A stretch of DNA of 64,000 nucleotides from an uncultured delta proteobacterium (GTDB taxonomy: Bacteria; Desulfobacterota; Syntrophobacteria; Syntrophobacterales; Syntrophobacteraceae), in assembly GCA_963808625.1 (NCBI GenBank), contig CAWEHK010000026.1, positions 1 to 64,000 on the forward strand, read 5' to 3'. The stretch's first letter is position 1. Every line of letters begins with the position of its first letter. Under the pieces are notes generated by a model. That model made no database searches, was not told the DNA's origin, and saw only the letters and a list, made by a program, of their open reading frames with translations. Below, piece by piece: positions 32,665-44,729 of the stretch. The position numbers were made by a program, and so were the translations under genes.

Positions 32665-34419
32665 TCAGGCGCCACAGATTCCGCAGCGACGGCAGCCTTC
32701 TTCGGGCATGCAGGGCTGGCCTTTTTGCTCCTGCAGGGCATGCTGATATTCTTCCCAGAGGAAGTCTCGCTTCAAACCGAGGTCGATGATCTCCCAGGGA
32801 AATATTTCGTCCCGGTCCCGATCCCGCACCACCCAGAAGTCGGGATTGAGCGGCGCGGTGCGCATGGCTTGGGGCCAACTCAGGTCATCCAGGGCCACCT
32901 TTTCCAGAAAGAGCGCGGTCCTGCGGTCGCCCCGGGCAAGCAGCGCCTGCACATACGCCCACTTGGGCACATCGAAGTGCACGCGAACGTTGGGGACCTT
33001 CTGCAGGGCCGTCTTGATCCACTTTGCCCGCCCCTTCAATTCCTGGACACCGGCAAAGCCCGCCCACTGAAACGGCGTAAAGGCCTTGGGAATGAAGGCA
33101 TTGATGCTCAGGGTTACCGTCCCGAGCCGCTTCTGCCCCCGACTGGTCTTCAGCACGTGATGTTTCACCCCCTTGGCCACCTCGACGATGGCTTCCAGGT
33201 CTTCGAGGTTTCCGTGGGCAAACCGATCATGAAATAGAGCTTGAGACTCAGAATGCCGCCTTCGGTGAGCAAGGTCACGGCGCGGGTGACGTCTTCCAGC
33301 GTGAGGTCCTTGTTGATCACGCGCCGCAGTCGCGCCGAGCCGGCCTCTACGGCGATGGCGACCGCGTGCTGCCCGCTGGCCCGGAGAGCGGCAGCGATCT
33401 CCGGAGTGATCCGATCGGCCCGGAGAGAAGAAAAAGAGAGCTGCTTTCCCGAACTGACGAGCTCCTGACAGATACAGGAGATGTCGGGATGGTCGGTAAC
33501 TGCGGCGCTTATCAAACCCACTCTCGAGGTCTCGGAAAGGGAGGATTCGATTGCCCCCAAGACTTTATCAGCGGCGTGATGGCGCATGGGTCGATACATA
33601 AAGCCGGCGGCGCAGAACCGGCAGCCGCGCCCGCAGCCGCGCCCGATTTCGACCAGCAGGACGTTGCTGAATTCGGTGTTGGGGGTGAGGATCGCCGTTT
33701 TGCAGGGAGAACTTGAAGTCAGGTCCGTGCGCCGGTAAGCGACTCGCGGGGGCGCCCCCGAACCCGGAAGAGGCTCAATGGCTGCCAGCGTGCCATGGTG
33801 GTGATAGGAAACCCGATAAAGCGAGGGGACATAGATGCCCGGCACTTCCCTGGCAAGGGCCGTAAGCAGGTCCTGGCGAGAGCGCTTGCTTCCCTGGTTC
33901 TCGAGCCAGAATGCCAGGAAATCCGGAATGAGGGTTTCCGCTTCCCCGACAAAAACGAAATCGAAAAAAGGCGCCAATCGGTTCGGGATTCATAAAGACC
34001 GCAATGCCGCCCGCGGCCACAAAAGGGTCTGAGGGAGCGCGCTGCACGGTCAGCGGAGGGATACCGCCGAACTTGATCATCTCCACGGCGTTGCTGAAAT
34101 CATTTTCGAACGGAAGGGAAAAGGTGAGGAAATGAAAATCCGGAAGAGGCCGCTGGGACTCAACGCTCAGCAGTCTGCCCGGTTGCTGCCTGAGCAGTGG
34201 CAGGTCTTCCGGTTCGGGATAGAAGACCCGCTCGCAAACCACATGTTCATAACGGTTCAGGGCTTCATAAACGTACTGGAAGCCCAGGTTGGACATGCCA
34301 ATGGGGTAGCGGTTGGGAAAGGCAAGGGCAAGGCGAAGCTTCCCGCCCCAATCCTTCCGAATGGTCCCCCTTTCTTCGGCCAGCCACTGCTGCTGCCGCT
34401 CCTTCAGTTTCCACAACAT
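32665..34419 (-). CDS. Radical SAM protein, frameshifted
   Basis: FPNRYPIGMSNLG, EIGRGCGRGCRFC (CxxxCxxC), KLYFMIGLPTET, FIPKAFTPFQW, C-terminal C...CRRCGIC. Confidence 0.9.
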
Positions 34420-34482
34420 GGGTCAAAACTTATGAGTTATGTAGTGATGAGTGATGAGTAACGAGTGAGTGCCGGGTGCTGA

Positions 34483-34595
34483 TCACAACGCCGCACAATA
34501 AAATGTTCAGCACCCCAGTCGTCATTCCCGCATGCTCCTGGCGGGAATCCAGAAACAAAGCTTGGAAACGGATACTCATTTATGCGGAGCCGTGC
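34483..34595. mobile_element. B-family MITE-like element with a single REP, inside a heptamer array
   Basis: Degenerate TIRs; TGA flanks on both sides; TGATGAG/TAACGAG array continues on both sides (34431-34482 and 34596-34620). Confidence 0.6.
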
Positions 34596-34712
34596 TGAGT
34601 AACGAGCAATAAGCGATGAGCCCTCTGTCAAGGCGATACCGAGGTGGATGCTTCTTGTTTCCGCTTAGACACTGTCTAAAAAGAACTTGCTCTCATTTCA
34701 GCCCTTTTTCGA

Positions 34713-34764
34713 ACCACGAAGAACACGAATAAATGACTTCGTAGTCCTTCGTGTTCTTCGTGGT
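34713..34764. repeat. REP-like inverted repeat, CACGAAGAACACGAA family
   Basis: Perfect 17 bp inverted repeat; related copy at 61205-61282. Confidence 0.8.
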
Positions 34765-34816
34765 AAGAAAGGCCTTTTATTTTTGGCCGTCTCCTTAGCA
34801 GCCCCTAAATCAGCGA

Positions 34817-36008
34817 TCAGTCCATCTGTTTGCGAATGAAGGTCGGGATGCTGAGATCTTCATCCTCCGGAGCTGCTCCGGTCAGCTTTTGGAGGAGCGT
34901 CCGCCGTTTGGGTTGATCTTGGGCCTGGCTGTCTCGTGCCGTGCGATGCCGGACCACCGTAGGGATCTGCAGGTAGTCGTAGTTCAGCTCAGGGACCAGG
35001 CCTTCCCCTCTCCTCCTGGGACGAGCGGGGATCTCCGCCTTCGGCGCCTGATCCACTTTGCCAATGCCGGTCGCGATCACGGTTACCCGAATTTCATCTG
35101 CCAGGTTGTCGTCAATGGCGATGCCGAGAATGATGTTGGCGTCTTCGTCAACCTCTTTCTGGATAATGGAGGACGCTTCTTCAAACTCGTGCATGCCCAG
35201 GTCTTCGCTCGCCGTGATATTGACGAGGACGGCGCGGGCCCCGTGGATGGAAATATCTTCGAGCAGCGGGCTCGAAATCGCCTGCTGAGCCGCCTGCGCG
35301 GCGCGGTTTTCGCCCCGCCCTACACCGGTCCCCATCAGGGCCAGTCCCATTTCAGCCATGACCGTCTTGACATCGGCGAAATCGACATTGATATATCCGG
35401 GATGGACGATGAGATCGGAAATGCCTTTTACGGCGTACAGCAGCACATCATCGACGCGCCGAAAACATTCAAGAAAGGTCGAACGCCGGTCGGCCAGACA
35501 AAGGAGGCGATTGTTCGGGATCGTAATGAGCGTGTCGACGACTCCCTGGAGGGCCTTGAGACCTTCCTCGGCATTCCGGTGCCGCACCTTGCCCTCGACG
35601 AGGAAGGGTTTGGTAACCACCGCTACGGTGAGCGCCCCCAATTCCTTACAAACCTGCGCCGCAATCGGCGCACCGCCGGTGCCCGTGCCACCGCCCAGCC
35701 CCGCCGTGATGAAAACCATGTCACAGCCGTCAATCGCCTCCCGGATCTTTTCCAGGTCTTCCTGGGTCGCCTTGGCACCGGTCTCGGGGTTGCCGCCCGC
35801 GCCGAGCCCTTTCGTCAGATTCGTCACCGAGCTGGATCTTGACCGACGCAAGGCTCCTTTCCAGCGCCTGGAAATCGGTATTCGCCGCGATGAACTCAAC
35901 TCCATCGAGGCCCGAGCTGATCATGTTATTGATGGCATTGCCACCTCCACCCCCAATCCCCAGAACCTTGATCTTTGCCCCATTCAGAGTTGAGTTTTTC
36001 AGATCCAT
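34817..36008 (-). CDS. ftsZ: Cell division protein FtsZ, frameshifted
   Basis: [39 protein letters not shown]-terminal [10 protein letters not shown]. Confidence 0.97.
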
Positions 36009-36263
36009 CCCTTTCCTCCTTTTAATCTTTTTCATGATCGAAACTTTCCATCACTTATACTCGCTTAGCCTGAAAACCTTAATTCCGGCAGAATTCTGAC
36101 TTAACCGCAGAGCACGCTGAGATCGCAGAGAAAGCCAATGATTCTCTCTGCAGTCTCTGTGATCGCTGTGGTGGAAAAGTAAACATTCTGAAGCCTAACG
36201 GATAAAACTGGACCATCCCTGTTCCCGCAACAATAAAATCCTTAAGGATTCAGTTCGTTTTCT

Positions 36264-37505
36264 TTAAATCCAGTTGCTTCTTCTCCCCCACAACTGTCTG
36301 AACCAGCGTCTCATTGCCGCAAACATGTTGCCGACCGCACCCGATTCCTCGAGCGGCGCTTGACCTCCATGTTTCCTGCCATGCAATAACAACCCGGTAG
36401 CGGTGGCATAAATCGGGTTCTTGACGACATCGCCCAACCCGCCGAAATGGTAGGGAACTCCAATGCGCACCGGTAAATCGAGTAATTTTTCGGCCAATTC
36501 ACGAATGCCCGGCAGCAACGAGACGCCCCCCGTCAGCACCACACCCCCGTGAAGCGATTCGAAGTAGCCCGAACGGAACATTTCCGCCTCAATGATTTTC
36601 ACCATTTCTTCAACACGTGCTTCAATGATTTCAGTCAGGATGGATTGCGCCAGTTGCCGGGGTTTTTGACCGCCGACGGAACCTACCTCGATAACATCCT
36701 GGGGATTGACCCACTCGACAATGGCACAACCGTATTTCTTCTTGATCTTCTCGGCCTCTTCCATAGAGGTCCGCAAACCTACCGAAATATCGGAAGTGAT
36801 GTGGTTGCCCCCCAACCCGACCACCCCGGAGTAGCGGATGGCACCATCGAGGAACATCGCGACATTGCTGGTTCCGCCCCCCATGTCGATGAGCGCTACG
36901 CCGAGGTGCTTTTCATCGTGATCCAACACCGATTCGGATGACGCCAGCGCTTCGAGGACCACATCCTGGACATGCAGCCCCGCCCGTTCGCAGCACTTGA
37001 TGATGTTCTGGATGGCCGTGATGGCCCCGGTCACGATGTGGACCTTGGCTTCCAGGCGCACGCCGGACATCCCGATCGGATTGGCGATCCCCTCCTGGTC
37101 ATCGACGATAAACTGCTGGGGAAGGACGTGGAGAATCTGGCGGTCGAAAGGCAGGGCAATGGCCCTCGCCGCGTCCAGCACGCGATCGACATCCGCCTGG
37201 GTAACCTCACGGCTCTTGATGGCGATCACCCCGTGACTGTTCAAGCTCTGGATGTGGGTCCCCGCAACCCCGGCAAAGACCGAGGAGATCTCGCAGCCTG
37301 CCATTAATTCCGCTTCCTCGATGGCCTTTCGGATCGAATGGACGGTTTGGTCGATGTTGACCACGACCCCGCCACGGAGTCCGATAGAAGGGTGCGTCCC
37401 AACACCGACGATATCGATCCCTTCCGAGCTCACTTCTCCGACCACAGCGCAGATTTTTGTGGTCCCCAGGTCAAGGCCGACGATCAATTCCTCTCTTTTT
37501 CCCAT
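36264..37505 (-). CDS. ftsA: Cell division protein FtsA
   Basis: VGLDLGTTKI, AELMAG, PIGMSGVRLEAKVH, GVVLTGG. Confidence 0.97.
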   Translation of the reverse strand: MGKREELIVGLDLGTTKICAVVGEVSSEGIDIVGVGTHPSIGLRGGVVVNIDQTVHSIRKAIEEAELMAGCEISSVFAGVAGTHIQSLNSHGVIAIKSREVTQADVDRVLDAARAIALPFDRQILHVLPQQFIVDDQEGIANPIGMSGVRLEAKVHIVTGAITAIQNIIKCCERAGLHVQDVVLEALASSESVLDHDEKHLGVALIDMGGGTSNVAMFLDGAIRYSGVVGLGGNHITSDISVGLRTSMEEAEKIKKKYGCAIVEWVNPQDVIEVGSVGGQKPRQLAQSILTEIIEARVEEMVKIIEAEMFRSGYFESLHGGVVLTGGVSLLPGIRELAEKLLDLPVRIGVPYHFGGLGDVVKNPIYATATGLLLHGRKHGGQAPLEESGAVGNMFAAMRRWFRQLWGRRSNWI

Positions 37506-37631
37506 CGCTCACCTTTCAGAGTTTCGCTTTTGGATGGCATTCACTCCTGGCATTTGGCACTTTGGGCCGGAGGGTTGAACAACCCTGGTCTTCCGGTCAT
37601 CAGATAACTGATCAGCTGTTCATACCACACA

Positions 37632-38459
37632 TCAGCTTCCTTTGGAAAAAGGAAAAAGCCCTTCGACGTAAGCTCGGTCTTCATAGTCCAAATCAATGCC
37701 CACTACCACATTCCACAACTGCCGCTCGTCCAGAATCCCAAATACGCGCTGGAGACGGTGCAATTTTTGATTGAAGCCGTCCCACCCCAGCTGAATGCCG
37801 ATATTATTGCGGGCCGCATAGAGAGCAAATCCCGTTTCGCCATGCCACCGGCACTCCCGAATCGCGTTCAGCGGCAACCAGCCCTCAGCCTGATTCAAGG
37901 CCGACAGCAATGCTTTCAACCCCTTCAGCGCGTCCGGCGCCACCGTGTCACCCTCCTTCAGATTCCGCCCGGAGAGTCCCTCAACCAGAAGAAATTCCTG
38001 CTTTTGCTCAGCCGACGCACGCGACACCAACTTGCCGTCGGTATCGATCAGATAAAAGTCCTCCGCATGAATCACCGCCAGCGGTTCGCGCTCGGTAAGT
38101 TCAACCACAATGCGGTTGGGAAGAGAGAACTGGACGACCGATGATTCGAGCCACGGCAGGGCTTCCAGCTGCTTTGCCAGCTGTGCTGATTTGAGTTTCA
38201 GCAAACTGGCCTCCGGAGGGATCATCAGCGCATTCAAGATCTCGTCTTCCTTCAAGTGCTTTAACCCGACGATGGTCACTTCTTCCACACGAAACCAGGG
38301 TGCATCAAGGAGCGCATAATACGAATGAGCAAGAACCGCGCTGAAGAGCACCATTGCCCCGAGCGAGAGGGCCAGGGCAAACGCCGCTTTGAACCAGGCC
38401 TTCACGACCTTGCGCCGTTTGGTCCGGTCAGGACGATAGCGATTGCGCTTTTTTCTCAT
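37632..38459 (-). CDS. ftsQ: Cell division protein FtsQ
   Basis: Basic N-tail, one TM segment, POTRA-like domain, EREPLA, IDLDY; lies before ftsA. Confidence 0.9.
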   Translation of the reverse strand: MRKKRNRYRPDRTKRRKVVKAWFKAAFALALSLGAMVLFSAVLAHSYYALLDAPWFRVEEVTIVGLKHLKEDEILNALMIPPEASLLKLKSAQLAKQLEALPWLESSVVQFSLPNRIVVELTEREPLAVIHAEDFYLIDTDGKLVSRASAEQKQEFLLVEGLSGRNLKEGDTVAPDALKGLKALLSALNQAEGWLPLNAIRECRWHGETGFALYAARNNIGIQLGWDGFNQKLHRLQRVFGILDERQLWNVVVGIDLDYEDRAYVEGLFPFSKGS

Positions 38460-39382
38460 GACCCCATGATGCGGATCTCTCTTTCCAGACGGATCCCAAA
38501 ATCACAACGAACGCGGTTTTCGATATGCTCGATCAGGGCCACCACATCCTGCGCTCTGGCATGGCCCCGGTTGATAATCCAGTTGGCGTGCTTGGGCGAA
38601 ACCTCAGCATCCCCCATGCGCAATCCCTTGAGCCCGGATTTCTCAATCAGAGCCCCCGCCGCAAGACCCTCCGGGTTCTTGAAAATGCAGCCCGCCGAAG
38701 GCCATCCCAAAGGTTGCGTTCGTCTTCGCTCCCGCATGATCGCCGCCAGTCGCGCCCGCTGGACGCCCGCCGCGCGCGCTTCAACCTCGAGGCAGCAACC
38801 GAGGACAACCCAGCTTTCCGGCAGTCCCAGAGACCGGTAGCCGGGTGACAAATCCGATTTCGAAATACGTCGGCGCCGGTTCTGTTCATCCAGGACGTCT
38901 ACCGAGAGCAGCCGGTCGGCGACGCTGCCGTCCCTGGTTCCGGCATTCATGACCAGGGCCCCGCCAACCATTCCGGGAATGCCGACCAGAAATTCCAGGC
39001 CCCCGAGCTCGTGTTCGAGGCAATAGCGCAGGAGCCGGGGCAGACGCACGCCCGCCCCGACGGACAGGCGGCCTGACGACGCGCCGTCCTGCCGGTCCAG
39101 AACAAGGTTCGCCGAACATAAATCCAGCTGAATCGCCAGGCCGTGCCATTCGTCATCGGGCAGCAGGAGGTTGCTTCCGCCACCAAGAATGAAATAACGG
39201 AAAGCGTGCAATCTCAACGCGTCCAGGAGCCTCGTCAGGGCCTCTTCGGTTTGCGGCCTCACCAGGCAGAAAACCGGGCCCCCCACGCGCAAGGTCGTAT
39301 ACCGGGCAAGGGGTTCCCGCCACTTGACCTCCAGGCCGGGCAGACCATCGACAAGTGCCTGCAAAAGGTCGCGATTCAGCAT
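38456..39382 (-). CDS. murB: UDP-N-acetylmuramate dehydrogenase
   Basis: TTLRVGGP, LGGGSNLL, GIPGMVGGALVMNAG, PSAGCIFKNP, KHANWIIN. Confidence 0.96.
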   Translation of the reverse strand: MLNRDLLQALVDGLPGLEVKWREPLARYTTLRVGGPVFCLVRPQTEEALTRLLDALRLHAFRYFILGGGSNLLLPDDEWHGLAIQLDLCSANLVLDRQDGASSGRLSVGAGVRLPRLLRYCLEHELGGLEFLVGIPGMVGGALVMNAGTRDGSVADRLLSVDVLDEQNRRRRISKSDLSPGYRSLGLPESWVVLGCCLEVEARAAGVQRARLAAIMRERRRTQPLGWPSAGCIFKNPEGLAAGALIEKSGLKGLRMGDAEVSPKHANWIINRGHARAQDVVALIEHIENRVRCDFGIRLEREIRIMGS

Positions 39383-39397
39383 CTCTCCCCGATCATG

Positions 39398-40770
39398 TCA
39401 AATGAGTGCATGGAGCAGGGCCTCTCCCACCTGCAAGACATTGCCGGCCCCAAGCGTGATCACCACGTCATCCGGAACGACGAGTGCGCGCAGTTTCTCG
39501 ACCGCTTCTTCCAGGGTTGCACAGAAATGCAGATCATGATGACCATAAGCGGCAATGCGCCTGGCCAGAAGCTCCCCGGTTATTCCCGGGATCGGCTTTT
39601 CACTGGCCGCGTAGATCTCGGTCAGGATCAAGACGTCGGAGTGATAGAAGCAGCGCGCAAATTCATCCATCAAAGCCTGCGTGCGGGTATAGCGATGAGG
39701 CTGAAAGACGACGATCCGACGGCGGCTGGGAAAGCAATCGGCAAGCGTGGCCAGCACCGCTCGGATTTCGTTGGGATGATGGCCGTAGTCGTCGAGCACG
39801 AGGACGCCGTGAGCTTCCCCCTTGATCTGAAAACGGCGCTGCACTCCCGTCATGTCTCCCAGTCCGGTTTGAATGTCGGCCCACGCCAGCTCCAGCTCGT
39901 GCGCCACGGCCACGGCGGCAAGCGAATTCAGAACATTGTGGCGCCCCGGAATGCGGATTTCGATCTCTCCCAGTTCCTCCCCCTGGTGAAAAGCACGGTA
40001 CCTGGTCGTCAGGCCATGAGTCCTGAGGTCGCGAGCCTGGAAATCGGCCTGTGAGGAAAAGCCGTAGGTCACGAAACGCTTGGTGACCTGGGGCAGGACC
40101 TTTTGCGTGTTCTCGTCTTCGAGGCACAGCACCGCCTGCCCGTAAAACGGCACCTTATTGATGAATTCCAGGAAGGTTTGCTGAATGTGTTCGAGGTCCC
40201 GGTAGTAGTCCAGATGCTCCAGATCAATGTTGGTTACCACGGCAATGGTTGGGGGCAGCAGCAGGAAGGTGCCGTCGCTTTCATCCGCTTCCGCTACCAT
40301 GAAATCGCCGCCGCCCAGCTTGGCATTCGTGCCCCAGGCATTGAGCTTGCCCCCGATGACGACCGTGGGGTCGAGTCCGCCGCGCGTCAACACGGTGGAA
40401 ATCATCGAGGTCGTAGTCGTCTTGCCATGAGCTCCTGCGACCAGGACCGAGTATTTCAGGCGCATCAGTTCGGCAAGCATCTCCGCCCGGCGGATGACCG
40501 GGATTTTGCCCAGGCTGCGGGCGCTCAGCAGTTCGGGATTGTCGTCCGCAATGGCCGATGACAGGACGACCACATCCGCGCCCTTGATATGGTCGGCATG
40601 ATGGCCGACGTAGATGGTCGCCCCTGATTTTCCAGGCGGCGCGTAAGGTCCGTTTCCTTGAGATCGGACCCGCTCACCTGGTATCCCAGGTTCAGCAGCA
40701 GTTCCGCGATGCCGCTCATGCCAATCCCGCCAACACCGACAAAATGAATGTGCTTGTAGCGCTTAAACAT
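39398..40770 (-). CDS. murC: UDP-N-acetylmuramate-L-alanine ligase, frameshifted
   Basis: [43 protein letters not shown]. Confidence 0.96.
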
Positions 40771-40771
40771 T

Positions 40772-41947
40772 CTATTCCATTCTTATCCGGCTGGTTCGCG
40801 CAATATTCATGAGGATTCCAACCGCCACACAGTTCGCCACAAACGCACTGCCTCCATAGGAAATAAAAGGAAGCGGCATCCCCTTGGTCGGAAACAGCCC
40901 CAGGACCACCCCGATGTTCAGCATGGCCTGCAGGGAAAGGAGCAAAGTCAAGCCAAAGGCCATCAGGGACCCGAGATAGTCGGGGGCCGACCGTGAAATT
41001 CTCATCCCGGTCTGAAAGAGGAAAAGGAAGAGCGCGCAAATTACTACAATTCCAACAAATCCCAGCTCCTCGCCGATGACCGCCAGGATGAAGTCCGTAA
41101 AGGCTTCAGGCAGATAGAAAAGCTTCTGCTGCCCATAGCCGAGTCCTTTCCCCAGGATTCCGCCCGAACCCACAGCAATCCATGCCTGGATGAGTTGGTA
41201 TCCCGAGTCCAGTTGATCGGTCCACGGGTTCAAAAAAGCCGTAATCCGCTCCCACCGGTACGGAACGAGATAAACAAACCGGTAGCACACCAACGCCGCG
41301 CAGGGAACCAGGCTGAGTAGATAAGGATAAGGCACCCCGCCCAGCATCAGCATGAAAACCGTCAAACACCCGAGCATAAAGGTCGTGCCAAAATCGGGCT
41401 CCTTCAGGAGCAAAGCGCTCAAAACGCCGCATAGAACAATGTGCGGCAAAAACCCAACGGTAAAGTGTTTGATCTTGTCCTGTTTCTTCACCAGGGAAAC
41501 ACTTAGAAAAATGATCCAGACGACCTTGGCGAACTCTGCCGGCTGCACCAGAAAAAAGCGAAAATTAAACCAGCGTCTCGCCCCATTGATTTCGGCACCG
41601 ACTCCCGGGATCAGCACCAGCAGCAAGGCCAAAACCGTCCACAGAAACATCCAGGGAATATGTTTCCGGTAACTCCGGTAAGGAAAACGGCTGATCATCA
41701 GGATCGTCCCAATCCCAAGGCCGATGCAGGCCAGCTGACGCTTGAGATAGTGGGTGGCATCCGCGAATTTCCTGAGCGCCATGATGGAACTGGCACTATA
41801 GATCATCACCAGCCCCACCCCAATGAGCAGCAGGACCTCGATCCACAATTCCAACTCCAGGGAAAGAACCGCTTTCGAGGGGCTCTGAGTTTCGGTCACC
41901 ACCGCGTCCGAGGCAAACTGAGGGGCGTCAGCAAACGGCCTGATCAT
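40772..41947 (-). CDS. ftsW: SEDS peptidoglycan glycosyltransferase FtsW
   Basis: [34 protein letters not shown]. Confidence 0.95.
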   Translation of the reverse strand: MIRPFADAPQFASDAVVTETQSPSKAVLSLELELWIEVLLLIGVGLVMIYSASSIMALRKFADATHYLKRQLACIGLGIGTILMISRFPYRSYRKHIPWMFLWTVLALLLVLIPGVGAEINGARRWFNFRFFLVQPAEFAKVVWIIFLSVSLVKKQDKIKHFTVGFLPHIVLCGVLSALLLKEPDFGTTFMLGCLTVFMLMLGGVPYPYLLSLVPCAALVCYRFVYLVPYRWERITAFLNPWTDQLDSGYQLIQAWIAVGSGGILGKGLGYGQQKLFYLPEAFTDFILAVIGEELGFVGIVVICALFLFLFQTGMRISRSAPDYLGSLMAFGLTLLLSLQAMLNIGVVLGLFPTKGMPLPFISYGGSAFVANCVAVGILMNIARTSRIRME

Positions 41948-43315
41948 GCCTCTCCTTTCAGCGCCGTTACCAAACGCTTGAAATGGTCTCCTCGTTGCGC
42001 GTAGCCCTCGTACTGATCAAACGACGAACATGCCGGGGAAAGCAGCACCACGTCCCCGGCATCCGCACGCTTCAGAACATCCTTGAAGGCTGTTTCGAGG
42101 TCGGGAAAGGAATGCGTCGCGAGCCATCCTTGCAATTCCTCATGGAGTCGCGGGGCCGCTTCACCGAAGACAAAAGCTCCCTTTCCCCTGGCCTGCAAAG
42201 CCTCTCCCAATGGTTGATAGGAACCCAGCTTGTCCCGCCCCCCCAGCAGGAGGAGGACCGGGCGATCAAAGTTCGCGATGGCTTTGACCACGGCTCCCAC
42301 GTTGGTGCCTTTGGAATCATCGTAGAAGTCGATCCCGCGCCACGTGCGCACCCACTCGACCCGGTGAGGCAAGCCGCGATAGTGGTGAATCACTTCCTGG
42401 ATGGCGGAAGGGGCAGCCCCCATCACGGAAGAGGCGAGAGCCGCTGCGAGCAGGTTTTCTTCATTGTGAATGCCATGCAGGTGTGTTGCTTCAAGACTCA
42501 CGGCAAAAGGAGTCTGCCACGGAACGTCCACCCGGATCTCCCGTCCCCGAACGGTGGCGGCAGCCTGGGGGTCACTGCGGCTAAAATGGAGAACACGGCT
42601 TCGAACTTCGGAACTGCCTTCCAAAGAGATTGTGTCATCGGCATTGATAATGGCCACATCGGAAGGGCGCTGGTGGGCGAACAGCGAAAATTTCGAACGG
42701 GCGTAGGCACCAAAACCATCATAGCGATCAAGATGGTCCTCGGTGATGTTCAACAACACCCCCACTTCGGGACAAAACTTCGAAGCCGTGTCCAACTGAA
42801 AACTGCTCACCTCCAAAACAAGAACCTCGGCGATCGATGGTTCGAGCAACCACCGACTCAGTGGTGTACCGATATTTCCGCCGACAAAGACCTTTTTCCC
42901 GGAAGCCTTGAGCATTTCGCCGATGAGTGAGGTGGTCGTGGTTTTGCCGTTGGTGCCGGTTACCGCCACTACCGGGAGGTCCACCTGCCGCCAGGCCCAC
43001 TCCAACTCCCCGATGATCTCTATCCCCTGCTTGCTCGGCCGCCTCCAGAGGCTCGAGATCAAGAGGCACACCCGGGCTGACAATGATCTGATCAGCGTCA
43101 AGAAAATCCTCTGCATGGTGGACGCCAAGCCGCAGGAGACAGCCTTTCTCTTCCAGGTGATCCAGCGCTCCGTTGAAATCGCCGCGCGTGCGGAGGTCGG
43201 TGGCAATGATCCGGGCTCCCTGCTGTGAAAGCAGTTCGCAGACGGCGCGCCCGGAAGTCCCCATGCCGACAACCACCACCTTATTGGGCAAAGCGCTCTT
43301 TTCCTTCCGGTTCAT
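41944..43315 (-). CDS. murD: UDP-MurNAc-L-Ala-D-Glu ligase, frameshifted
   Basis: GMGTSG, VSPGVP, TGTNGKTTTT, EVSSFQL, DDSKGTN, LSPACSSFDQ. Confidence 0.96.
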
Positions 43316-44729
43316 CCGGCAAGAATCCCTTCTACGACGCGATCCATGGCCATGGACCGAGAACCCTTCACCAGGACCCAGGCATCTTTTACCACCTCGT
43401 CCCTGAGCCAGCTCACAATTTGTTCGTGACTCTCCGCATGGCGGCAGGCGGCAGCGGAAAGGCCGGCTTCCCTGGCCCCGCCGGCAATCTCCAGACTCAT
43501 TTGCCCGAAGGTAATCAACTGCGCCACCCCGAGGGCCCCAATCTGACGTCCCACCTCACGGTGCAGCGCAGCGCTCTCCGGACCCAGTTCCCTCATATCC
43601 CCCAACACTGCGACCACCGGCTTTCCCCGGCCCTCACGAGTCACCGTGCGCACCGCGGCCAGCAACGATCCCGGATTGGCGTTGTAGGTATCGTCAATCA
43701 GAATTCTGCCATCGGCAAGGCGGTGCATCTGCATGCGCATCTTGACCGGCTGGTACTTCGCCAATCCCGCCGCAATCGCCCCTGCCGACATGCCCATCCC
43801 CCAGCCGACGGCCGCGGCGGCAAGGGCATTCCCTACATGGTGAAACCCCAGGACCGGCAACCGCACCGTAACGCTCTCACCCCCCAGAGCTATGGCAAAG
43901 GCACTCAACCCCTCATGGGTCGCCACGTCACCGGCGAGCCTGACGTCAGCTCCAGCAGCCTTCAGGGAGTAAGTGACCGTGCGCACGTTGATCTTTTTGG
44001 AGAGCTCCACCAAACGCTCATCATCGAGATTGACCACGGCGAGATGCTCAGGCTGCAGGTTAAGCCACAGCCTTCCCTTCTCGCTCACGATCTCATCCAG
44101 GGAATGGAGGCCTTCCAGATGAGCGGGCTGGACGTTGGTGATCAGACCCACGGTTGGCCTGGTGATTTCGAGCAGCCTGGCCATTTCTCCGGGAACATTG
44201 ATGCCCATCTCCACGACCGCCGCCTGGTGCTGAGGCTGAAGCGCCAGAGAGGGTGAGGGGAACCCCGATGAGGTTATTGAAATTCCCCTGGTTCTTTAAA
44301 ACCTCATAGCTTTCGCTGAGAACCGCGGTCGTCATCTCCTTGGTGCTGGTTTTGCCGTTGCTCCCGGTGATGCCGACCACGGGAATGGGGTGCTGCAAGC
44401 GGTGATAACGTGCCAGTTCTCCCAAGGCATAAAGCGTATCCGGGACTTCGACGACGGCAACCTCGCCCGGGGCCGTCAAGAGAAAGGTCACCCCGTTGGT
44501 TCGAAACAACCAACGCGCCGCTCCCCTTAGCTAAAGCATCAGCTATGAAAGCATGGCCATCGGAGGACTCACCCGCAAGCGCCACAAAACAATCCCCGGG
44601 CTGAAGCCGGCGGGTGTCCGTCGAAATATACGCAATGGACCGATTCGGATCACCCTGCCGCAGGATACCGCCCGTCGCGGCAACAAGCTTCGCTACGGTC
44701 CAAAGTCTTTCACTGAGATCGGCGCTCAC
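43312..44729 (-). CDS. murF: UDP-MurNAc-tripeptide-D-Ala-D-Ala ligase, frameshifted
   Basis: STDTR, ITGSNGKTSTKEM, NFNNLIGVPLT, DDTYNANP, GDMRELG, VKGSR. Confidence 0.95.
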
